NCBI GenBank assembly: GCA_947457565.1
Contig: CANGWH010000001.1
Span: 77,272 to 141,271 of the forward strand
Direction of reading: 5' to 3'
Length of the DNA stretch: 64,000 bases
Source: Flavobacteriales bacterium
Lineage (GTDB): Bacteria; Bacteroidota; Bacteroidia; NS11-12g; UBA955
In this document: positions 45,831 to 53,854 of the stretch, piece by piece
Layout: each line of letters begins with the position of its first letter
Numbering within the stretch: position 1 is the first letter of the stretch
The notes under the pieces: model-generated
What the model was told of the DNA's origin: nothing
What the model saw: only the letters and a program-made list of their open reading frames with translations
Database searches by the model: none
Translations under genes and position numbers: made by a program

Positions 45831-46702
45831 TGTCGTTGTCTAAAGTATCAGTAGCGAAGGTTGTTCCTACAGATATCGCAGAGTTTTTACTAGAAAGTGC
45901 AGAATTTCATGAGAAAAATGCCTTTATCGAGGATGATCCAATTCGCCTACCTCATCAATTTAACAAATTACAGGATATCGAGATAATTGGCTTTATCGTT
46001 GCTTGTATTTCTTGGGGCAACCGAAAATCAATTATACGAAGTGGAGCGTTTCTAATCACGTTGATGGATAATAGTCCGTATGATTTTATCGTAAATGCGG
46101 AGAGCAATGATTTAAAGAAAATGCAAGGCTTTGTACATCGCACATTCAATGGTATCGATTTGGTATATTTCTGTGAGTTCTTACAACAGCATTACAAAAA
46201 GTATATTTCATTGGAAAGTGCTTTTTATGAAGAAGCTTGGAAAATCGATACCCAAAAAACAGATTCTATGAACGTATCTAAATTTAACAAGCGAATAGAT
46301 ATGGATGTAGAATCACAAACATTGGAACCTATCGAAAAGGCACTGATAAATTTTAGGGATTATTTTTTTGCGCAACCCCACCCTTCTCGAACTGAAAAGC
46401 ACATTTCTTCGGTATTAAAAAATAGTGCCTGTAAACGTTTAAACATGTTTCTCCGATGGATGATTAGAAAAAATAGTCCTGTAGATTTTGGTTTTTGGAA
46501 TCATTTTAATCCAAAGGACTTGTATTTGCCGTTGGATGTGCACGTTTTGAGAGTTGCGAATCAATTGAATCTCATTGAAGGAGATGTGGCAAACTGGCAG
46601 ACTTGCAAAGACATTACGGCATTGATGCGGACAATATTACCGTCTGATCCAGTAAAATTGGATTTTGCATTATTTGGCATTGGAATTGAGCAAAAATCGT
46701 AA
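45830..46702 (+). CDS. TIGR02757/DUF2400-like protein of unknown function
   Basis: 290 aa. DPIRLPHQF...DIEIIGFIVACISWGNRKSII and LPLDVHVLRVANQLNL match my memory of this family. Start overlaps the upstream stop (TAATG). Confidence 0.55.
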   Translation: MSLSKVSVAKVVPTDIAEFLLESAEFHEKNAFIEDDPIRLPHQFNKLQDIEIIGFIVACISWGNRKSIIRSGAFLITLMDNSPYDFIVNAESNDLKKMQGFVHRTFNGIDLVYFCEFLQQHYKKYISLESAFYEEAWKIDTQKTDSMNVSKFNKRIDMDVESQTLEPIEKALINFRDYFFAQPHPSRTEKHISSVLKNSACKRLNMFLRWMIRKNSPVDFGFWNHFNPKDLYLPLDVHVLRVANQLNLIEGDVANWQTCKDITALMRTILPSDPVKLDFALFGIGIEQKS

Positions 46703-46726
46703 ATTCGTACATTAAATAATTTAATC

Positions 46727-47044
46727 ATGGCACATACTTTTACAACCAGCAATTTTCAAGAAACAGTCTTAAATTCTGATAAACCCGTTTTAGTAGATTT
46801 TTGGGCAGAATGGTGTGGTCCTTGCCGCATGATTGGCCCTGTAGTGGAAGAATTGGCAAATGAATTCGAAGGTAAAGCGGTAATTGGGAAATTAAATGTA
46901 GACGAAAATCCAGACATTTCTGCCAATTATGGAGTTCGCAGCATTCCTACCCTATTAGTATTCAAGGGCGGCGAAGTAGTAGATCGTATTGTGGGCGCAG
47001 TACCCAAAAATATGATAGCATCAAAAATTGAAAATCAATTGTAA
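46727..47044 (+). CDS. trxA: Thioredoxin
   Basis: 105 aa. VLVDFWAEWCGPCRMI active site and GVRSIPTLLVFKGG. Confidence 0.95.
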   Translation: MAHTFTTSNFQETVLNSDKPVLVDFWAEWCGPCRMIGPVVEELANEFEGKAVIGKLNVDENPDISANYGVRSIPTLLVFKGGEVVDRIVGAVPKNMIASKIENQL

Positions 47045-47066
47045 TTTAATTATTCACTAACTTAGT

Positions 47067-47096
47067 AGCTACTCTCTTGTGGGGGTAGCTTTTTTT
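47067..47096 (+). terminator. Rho-independent terminator after trxA
   Basis: AGCTACTCTC (47067-47076) pairs with GGGGGTAGCT (47081-47090). This gives a 10-bp stem (two G-U wobbles) with loop TTGT, followed by a T-run to 47096. Confidence 0.7.
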
Positions 47097-48008
47097 ATGC
47101 TAATCGAAGAAGTCCAACACTACTCAAATTTAGAATTATTGGCTAAAAAAGCCAAAGAAGGATTTATCACAGGAATGCACAGCAGTCCATTTCATGGATT
47201 TTCGGTTGAATTTGCTGAACACAGACCCTATAATGCCGGAGAAAGTATTCGTTACTTGGATTGGAAATTACTGGCTAGAACCGATAAAAAATACATCAAA
47301 CAGTTCAACGAAGAAACCAATTTACGCGCCAATTTGTGGGTAGATATTTCTAGAAGTATGCATTATCCTTCGGAAAATCCGCTAAAACTCAAATTTGCTT
47401 GTTTAGCGGCGGCAACTTTTAGTTTGTTGTTTCAACAGCAAAAGGATGCATTTTCCATGAATTTATTTTCCGAACAAGGATTTATTCATAGACAACCGGC
47501 TAAAAGTACATTGAGTCATTGGCAACAAAGCATCGGGCTACTTCAACCCTATTGGGATAATTCAAATCGCCCATTTATAAACAATCATTCTCCCATTGCA
47601 TTGGATGAAATGTCAATGCAAGTACATCGGCGCAGCTTAGTAATACTATTCAGTGATTTATTGTTTGGTGAAGAAGATTCGGTGGAATTTACCAATTTTT
47701 GGAAAAGTATCGCATTACTTAAATTTTTAAAATGTGAGGTAATGGTATTTCACATACTACATAATCCTACAGAGATCGATTTAATGGTGGACAATAAACC
47801 CACTCGATTTGTGGATTTAGAAACCGGAGCAGCTATTAAATTGCAGCCCGAAGAGATTCAGAATGCGTTTATGTTGATTCAGCAACAATGGTTACAGCAG
47901 ACCAAAGACAAGTTAGCCGATTTAGATGTTGACTACATTCCTTGTGACGTATCAGCGCCTATCGACCAAGTTTTAAAGAGTTTCTTCGCTCGTAGAATGA
48001 AACGATAG
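47097..48008 (+). CDS. DUF58 domain protein
   Basis: GMHSSPFHGFSVEFAEHRPYNAGESIRYLDWKLLARTDKKYIKQFNEE is the DUF58 hallmark region. The ORF-track GTG 47079 lies in the terminator loop, so the start was moved to ATG 47097. Confidence 0.8.
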   Translation: MLIEEVQHYSNLELLAKKAKEGFITGMHSSPFHGFSVEFAEHRPYNAGESIRYLDWKLLARTDKKYIKQFNEETNLRANLWVDISRSMHYPSENPLKLKFACLAAATFSLLFQQQKDAFSMNLFSEQGFIHRQPAKSTLSHWQQSIGLLQPYWDNSNRPFINNHSPIALDEMSMQVHRRSLVILFSDLLFGEEDSVEFTNFWKSIALLKFLKCEVMVFHILHNPTEIDLMVDNKPTRFVDLETGAAIKLQPEEIQNAFMLIQQQWLQQTKDKLADLDVDYIPCDVSAPIDQVLKSFFARRMKR

Positions 48009-48011
48009 GCA

Positions 48012-49352
48012 TTATTTAGGTGTAAAAACCAATCGTTCAGGTTTATAATTATTCGTTAATCCGGATTCATTATTCCATCCCAGCACCCCATTTACCCAGA
48101 CTTTATCAACGGAGTAATTAAAGGTATGATTTTCTAACGGTGACCAACCGCATTTGAATAGAATATTATCTTTTTGTACAGTATAGGGTTGTTTTGATAG
48201 AAGCACTAAATCGGCGGCATAGCCTTCTCGAATATATCCTCGATTATTAATTCCATAGATTATGGCTGGATTGTGACACATTTTTTCAACCATTCGTTCA
48301 ATAGAAATATTACCTGCTTCCATTTTTTCCAACATTAATTGTAAAGAATGCTGAACCAGGGGAAGTCCTGCTGGACTTTTTGCTGTTACTTGTTGTTTTT
48401 CTTCCCAAGTATGAGGAGCGTGGTCTGTGGCAATTACATCCAATTTATCGGCCAACAATCCTTCCCACAACGCAGTTCTATTGGTTGCTTTTTTAATGGC
48501 TGGATTGCATTTAATTAGATTTCCCAATGAAGCATAATCCTCATCGGAAAAATGCAAATGGTGTACGCATACTTCCGATGTTATCCGCTTATCGATTAGG
48601 GGAATATCATTTCTAAACAAGGATAATTCCAAGCCGGTAGTAATATGCAACACGTGCAATCTGGATTGATACTTCGAAGCTAACTCAACGGCTAAAGCAG
48701 AGGATAAATAACAGGCCACTTCGTCTCGCACTAATGGATGCATGGATGGATCCATATTTTCTCCGAACGAAGTTAGGGCATCTTTAAATCTGTCTTTTAC
48801 ACGTGTCTCGCATTCACAATGGGTAGCAATCAGCACGGGCGATTCTTTGAATATACCCTCTAAGGTGCGTTGTCTATCTACTAGCATATCCCCCGTAGAA
48901 CTACCCATAAAAATTTTAACACCGCACACAGACTCAGGATTAATTCGTTTAATTTCCTCCAAATTATCGTTAGTTGCACCCAAATAGAATGAATAATTAA
49001 CGGCAGAATTATGGGAAGCTATTGCATATTTCTGTTCTAAAAGTTCTAAGGTCACAGACTGAGGGTTTACGTTTGGCATTTCCATAAAGGAGGTTACGCC
49101 CCCGGCCAAGGCAGCTCTACTTTCCGAAGCAATTGTGGCTTTATGAATTAGACCAGGTTCCCTGAAATGTACTTGATCATCAATGACCCCGGGAAGCAAA
49201 TAATTACCGTTAGCATCCCATACAGTTGCATTTGGTTCTGAAATAGAATCTGCAATTGTAACAATAATGCCATTTTCGATCATTAAATCCTGCAGTTTAA
49301 CGGTTAAATCTGTTACAATCTGTGCGTTTTTAATTATTTGCTTGGTGCTCAT
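48012..49352 (-). CDS. Dihydroorotase-type cyclic amidohydrolase
   Basis: PGVIDDQVHFREPG (HxH-equivalent metal site region), VKIFMGSSTG, ATDHAPH, and a C-terminal composite beta-sandwich. 446 aa, the long pyrC/allantoinase class. Confidence 0.85.
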   Translation of the reverse strand: MSTKQIIKNAQIVTDLTVKLQDLMIENGIIVTIADSISEPNATVWDANGNYLLPGVIDDQVHFREPGLIHKATIASESRAALAGGVTSFMEMPNVNPQSVTLELLEQKYAIASHNSAVNYSFYLGATNDNLEEIKRINPESVCGVKIFMGSSTGDMLVDRQRTLEGIFKESPVLIATHCECETRVKDRFKDALTSFGENMDPSMHPLVRDEVACYLSSALAVELASKYQSRLHVLHITTGLELSLFRNDIPLIDKRITSEVCVHHLHFSDEDYASLGNLIKCNPAIKKATNRTALWEGLLADKLDVIATDHAPHTWEEKQQVTAKSPAGLPLVQHSLQLMLEKMEAGNISIERMVEKMCHNPAIIYGINNRGYIREGYAADLVLLSKQPYTVQKDNILFKCGWSPLENHTFNYSVDKVWVNGVLGWNNESGLTNNYKPERLVFTPK

Positions 49353-49481
49353 GACTAATGTGTAAAATTAACTACAATTTATAAGACAGAGGGTATGAAT
49401 TTAAATTAATCATCTTACAGTTTTGTTTAATTTCAAATGATTCCAAATTGCATTTTGTTTAGTTTTTGCGGATTTATTGAT

Positions 49482-49489
49482 TATATTTG
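49482..49489 (+). promoter_or_regulatory. -7 promoter box TATATTTG upstream of the GxxExxY-like gene
   Basis: Exact TAnnTTTG match. The ORF-track TTG start (49487) lies inside the box, which supports ATG 49502 as the start. Confidence 0.45.
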
Positions 49490-49501
49490 TTTAACTTGTT
49501 A

Positions 49502-49936
49502 ATGATAGTTGACGAAAACGAAATCGCCCATCAGGTAATTGGAATGGCCATTGAGGTTCATAAAACAATTGGTCCAGGATTACCTAAAGATATTTATTTA
49601 CAATGTCTTGCCTATGATTTATCTCAAAATGGATTGTTGGTAAACACCGATAAAATCCTGCCCATTCAATACAAAGGATTAAACATGGAATCGGGGTATT
49701 CAGTTGATTTATTGGTAGAAGATAGATTAATCGTTAGTATTGAAACAACGGATTCTGTTTCAGATTCACAGATACAAAAATGCCTAAGAATGTTACGACT
49801 TGGCAATTACAAATTAGGGTTAGTTATCAATTTCAATTCGAGTTTACTTAAAAATGGAATTCGAAGAGTTACAAACAATAGAAACAACCTGGAAGAGGAA
49901 AGAAACTTAGAAAGTGGAATTAGCAGTTATCAATAA
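49502..49936 (+). CDS. GxxExxY-family (PD-(D/E)XK-like) protein, apparently degenerate
   Basis: ENEIAHQVIGMAIEVHKTIGPGLPKDIYLQCLAYDL ... DLLVEDRLIVSIE ... KLGLVINF follows the family template. The name-giving E is K, and the ELK position reads SIE. Confidence 0.65.
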   Translation: MIVDENEIAHQVIGMAIEVHKTIGPGLPKDIYLQCLAYDLSQNGLLVNTDKILPIQYKGLNMESGYSVDLLVEDRLIVSIETTDSVSDSQIQKCLRMLRLGNYKLGLVINFNSSLLKNGIRRVTNNRNNLEEERNLESGISSYQ

Positions 49937-50096
49937 TATAGCTTCCATTAAACCTCTACAAGTATCATTTCGTTTTTAAACCAAGGGTTACAATCTACTA
50001 TCCCCCTTATCTATTTTTAGAAACAACCGGTGGTATTGGTTACTGCAGTAGTATCAATTATTAACTAAAGTTGGGGAATATCACGATAAATCCGAC

Positions 50097-52589
50097 TTAT
50101 CGCAATAACGTAAAATTACCGTATAGATATCTTTTTTCATTATCGCAACCGATGTAAAATACGGTGTAAACATACACACCTTCTGGGGCAGGATTACCAT
50201 TGATATTTCCATCCCAATTAAACTCCGGCGAATTGAATTCTGCGATACGCTCTCCCCAACGATTGTATAACTTAACTTCATAAAAAGCCCCCTTCACTTT
50301 ATATTGGTTATTGGGATAAACATCGTTTCTTCCGTCCGCATTGGGTGTAAATGCATTGGGCATCCAAATTATAGATGGGAACAAATCTTTGCGTTTATTT
50401 AAATACAGGGTATCAGAACCTGCACAACCTTCCTGACTAACTATTCGAACCCAGTAAAATCCAGAATCATAGGCTACTTTAAATTGGTCATTGGTGCCAT
50501 CATGCCATAAATAATTCCTCATCCCTGTTCCCGCATCAAGTATTGGATTCTCGCTTAAACAAAGGGTTGTATCTGACCCAAGATTCACAATGGGGTTATA
50601 AAATAATTTTACATCAATAGAATCTGATTCATTACAACCATATTGATTTACTAGGTCTACCGTAACTTTTCCCGCTTTCGTAAGCTTAAATGTTGACCCA
50701 ATTATTTCCCTATTCCATCGTATTGAGCTCGCTCCACTTAGATTAATCGTAAGGGTTGTATCTATATTTTCACAAAATCTAAGATTTTTCCCTAATTCGA
50801 ATTCATTTGGATAATTAGCAAGACTGAACGAATCTCTTCGTGAACATTTCCCAACAGTTACTTCGCACCAATAGTTACCGGGTTGTGAAGTTGTAAGCGT
50901 GTAACCTGTGGTTGAATTACTCCACATCGCAGTAAATGTTGGATTGGTTAAATTATTTTGCGAAAAAAACACAACCGATTTACCTGGACAAACAGTAGTA
51001 TCATCTATAATCACTTGAACCGGAGTATACTGAGATACTTCTGCAGAATCTCTGGTTATACAACCATAAATGGATAGCGCAGTCACACGGTAGATACCCG
51101 TTTTAGTTACGTTGATTGATTGGGAATTTTCACCTGTAGACCATTGATAACTTTTCCAACCGCTACTTGCGGATAGTATACGATTAAATGCGGAATTACT
51201 ACAATAAACGGTATCTCCCGAAGCATTGATTTTTGAATTATCAATACTAACAAACATTGAATCCCGCCAAGCGCAACTTTTCGCTCTTACTTCCAACCAT
51301 ATCAAGCCAGTGTTTTTTGTCAAAATAGAAGCTGTTGTATCGCCCGTGCTCCACCGATAAGATTCACCCACAACGCTCGATTTTAATCGCACTTCGCCAC
51401 CAGGACAAATCGTAGAATCCGCGGGCAATTTGGGTAGTTTGGGTTCAACCACTGTAATACTTCCTACAAAGCTATCCATACATTTATTCTTGTATGCATA
51501 TAATCTAACTTTGTACACCCCAGGTCCAGGGAAATTTATTTCCGGATTATTTTGATTAGAGGTATCATCCGTTCTGCCAGGGATACCAAAATCCCAATGG
51601 TATCGTTGCGCTGAAAAACTTTGATTTTGAAATTTATACTTATATCCACACAAAAATGTGGGAACGAAAAAACTTGCTACTACATCTACTTGACAACTTT
51701 GAACATTAAATTGATAATCCCTTCGCGTAGATGAAATTAACTTTCCATTTCTATATTCTTTCACTAAAATACCAACAACAAATTGTCCAACACGCGTTGG
51801 TGTTAGGGTTAAATAGCCTGTTGCCCGATCAATATTCATGGCAGGGTTTCCATTGATTGGATTGTTTGATGAATATGCACCGGAAAAAGTAATTTGTGAA
51901 AATGGAGGTAATTCTAACAATCCATTGGATAGTGTGTTATCGGGTCTTGGATTGTTTTGATCACCACCGGTAAACGGGTGGAATAATTCATACACCAAAC
52001 TATCACCATCAGCATCGGTAGCACTATGATCAAACTTCAAGGGTGTGTTTGTACACAAGAAATTGGGAGGAAGTTCTTTGAATTTTGCAGAATTATTGTG
52101 TTTCGCATCGGCAAGGGTTCGTGGATCGGGAATATGGGTCCAATAATTGGCACCCGTCCCCCCTGGATTGGTTAAATTTGTAATGGATCCATTTCTACAA
52201 CAACGCTGAAAGGAAATAAAATAACCTCCTGTTCTTGCAGGTAAGGACAATTTAATTTCATAATAATATTGGTCAACGCAAGCATTTGGTGCTTGAACAA
52301 TACAATTATAATTGGTTTTTACAATTCGAAATGGTCCTTTCCGTGAGACCTCTCGAGGAAATCCAGAAATTAGATTGCGCGAATTTCCATCAAAAACTCC
52401 AATAAATGCTGTGGCATCTTGAGAAATGGCTTGAGGACTTCCATTTTGGCAATCAAAGTAAACATCTAACCGTATCAAATACTCATTATTGCCTAAGTAG
52501 GTATAGTTCATCTCCCCACCTACAATGTGCGTAGCTGTAGAAAATGAACTTGCGATTATCGCTACTATGAGCAAAAATAGTCTTTTCAC
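50097..52589 (-). CDS. T9SS type B (CHU_C, gliding-motility-associated) C-terminal sorting domain protein
   Basis: GTG start and a signal peptide. N-terminal ATHIVGGEMNYTY...DVYFDC domain. Five tandem Cys-bounded repeats. C-terminal PNAFTPNADGRNDVY ... VKLYNRWGE ... GVYVYTV is typical of type B sorting domains. Confidence 0.85.
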   Translation of the reverse strand: MKRLFLLIVAIIASSFSTATHIVGGEMNYTYLGNNEYLIRLDVYFDCQNGSPQAISQDATAFIGVFDGNSRNLISGFPREVSRKGPFRIVKTNYNCIVQAPNACVDQYYYEIKLSLPARTGGYFISFQRCCRNGSITNLTNPGGTGANYWTHIPDPRTLADAKHNNSAKFKELPPNFLCTNTPLKFDHSATDADGDSLVYELFHPFTGGDQNNPRPDNTLSNGLLELPPFSQITFSGAYSSNNPINGNPAMNIDRATGYLTLTPTRVGQFVVGILVKEYRNGKLISSTRRDYQFNVQSCQVDVVASFFVPTFLCGYKYKFQNQSFSAQRYHWDFGIPGRTDDTSNQNNPEINFPGPGVYKVRLYAYKNKCMDSFVGSITVVEPKLPKLPADSTICPGGEVRLKSSVVGESYRWSTGDTTASILTKNTGLIWLEVRAKSCAWRDSMFVSIDNSKINASGDTVYCSNSAFNRILSASSGWKSYQWSTGENSQSINVTKTGIYRVTALSIYGCITRDSAEVSQYTPVQVIIDDTTVCPGKSVVFFSQNNLTNPTFTAMWSNSTTGYTLTTSQPGNYWCEVTVGKCSRRDSFSLANYPNEFELGKNLRFCENIDTTLTINLSGASSIRWNREIIGSTFKLTKAGKVTVDLVNQYGCNESDSIDVKLFYNPIVNLGSDTTLCLSENPILDAGTGMRNYLWHDGTNDQFKVAYDSGFYWVRIVSQEGCAGSDTLYLNKRKDLFPSIIWMPNAFTPNADGRNDVYPNNQYKVKGAFYEVKLYNRWGERIAEFNSPEFNWDGNINGNPAPEGVYVYTVFYIGCDNEKRYLYGNFTLLR

Positions 52590-52596
52590 TATGAAT

Positions 52597-52604
52597 CAAA
52601 TTTA
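52597..52604 (-). promoter_or_regulatory. -7 promoter box TAAATTTG (reverse strand) upstream of the T9SS type B gene
   Basis: The reverse complement of caaattta is an exact TAnnTTTG match, 7 nt upstream of GTG 52589. Confidence 0.45.
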
Positions 52605-52755
52605 CAAATACTAATTAATTAAAATTGATATATTTAGAAAATTAACAAGTATTTGGGCGAAAAAGTTGTATGATTTTTACAAATACGTTTTTGCTGAAAT
52701 ACAAAATTTAGATGATAAAGGGGTGAATTTATTTAGTGTATAATCTTATTAATTG

Positions 52756-53256
52756 CTAATTATCTAAATAAAGTTTTAAATCCCCAGGGTCCGAATTATC
52801 AAAAAATACATGCTCCTGTAGCGTAGTTGCCAATGATACCCCGATAAAATCAGCAGATATTGGATAATTCCTATGGTTTCTTTCGGCTAAAAAAGCAGTT
52901 CTAATTGTTTTAAATCCATAATCGTACAACGATACTAGTACTTTCATAACTGTTGATCCTGAATGGATTACATCATCAATAACAACAACTGGAATATTAG
53001 AAGAAACCTGTGAAGGGGCCACACCAGACCAAGTAAAATCGCCAATTACATCTATATTGCCCAGGCTAATTGTACAATTTGGCAAAATTCTAGATAAATC
53101 ATGATTTAATTCATTGGCAATACTTAAACCTCGATCATTCAATGCCACCAAATAAATTTCCTCGGCCGTAAACAATGATTCAGCAATTTCATAACTTAAT
53201 CGCTGTAACATTCTCTTAATTTCACCGTGTGTTTTTATAATTGTCTTTGAGGGCAT
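52756..53256 (-). CDS. PyrR-like phosphoribosyltransferase
   Basis: 166 aa. PRPP loop VVVIDDVIHSGSTV, and ERNHRNYPISADFIGVSL resembling the PyrR RELPIRADYVG segment. Confidence 0.7.
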   Translation of the reverse strand: MPSKTIIKTHGEIKRMLQRLSYEIAESLFTAEEIYLVALNDRGLSIANELNHDLSRILPNCTISLGNIDVIGDFTWSGVAPSQVSSNIPVVVIDDVIHSGSTVMKVLVSLYDYGFKTIRTAFLAERNHRNYPISADFIGVSLATTLQEHVFFDNSDPGDLKLYLDN

Positions 53257-53300
53257 GCTTTATTAAATTTTAAATCCAATTATTTGGGTATGCGATGATA

Positions 53301-53834
53301 CTAAAATTCTTCAATACCATCCAAATTTTTACGTAAACGAGTATAGTATCTGAATTTCTGGTACCACAAAATCCATTTATCAATTAACTGAGTAAAGCGT
53401 GTAGCATCGCCGCCATTAGCCGTTAAATCCGATAATTCTAAATTCAACGTTAATTTATCCTTATCCAATAGACTTTTAAAGTTAAACAATAACGACTTGG
53501 CTTCGTTTTGTGATTCAATGGAATTTTGTGAAAAGAAATCTTCGATACAATCTGATATTTCCATCATTTCCATTAAAAAATCACTTGGAAGATTATTTTT
53601 ATTTAGCTCATTCTCCGAAACATGTAGCATTAAGTAGCATTTAACCGAACCTTCTTCGGTTTTTAGTATTTCATAGGCGGAATTTAACTCCTGAGACAAA
53701 TCAGTATCATCCCCTGTATCCGGGTGAACTTCTCGTTGTTTTGTAATAAATGCTCTTTTTAACTCAGAATTATTGATAACGGGAGATGGTACAATTCCGA
53801 TAATTTCAAACGGATTACTCTTGTAACTCTCCAT
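53301..53834 (-). CDS. HscB-like J-domain co-chaperone
   Basis: J-domain-like N-terminus NPFEIIG....IN.SELKRAF...QREVHPD (HPD tripeptide). The C-terminal LPSDFLMEMMEISDCIE resembles the HscB helical domain. Confidence 0.55.
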   Translation of the reverse strand: MESYKSNPFEIIGIVPSPVINNSELKRAFITKQREVHPDTGDDTDLSQELNSAYEILKTEEGSVKCYLMLHVSENELNKNNLPSDFLMEMMEISDCIEDFFSQNSIESQNEAKSLLFNFKSLLDKDKLTLNLELSDLTANGGDATRFTQLIDKWILWYQKFRYYTRLRKNLDGIEEF

Positions 53835-53854
53835 GGCTTCAATAACTCTGATTC

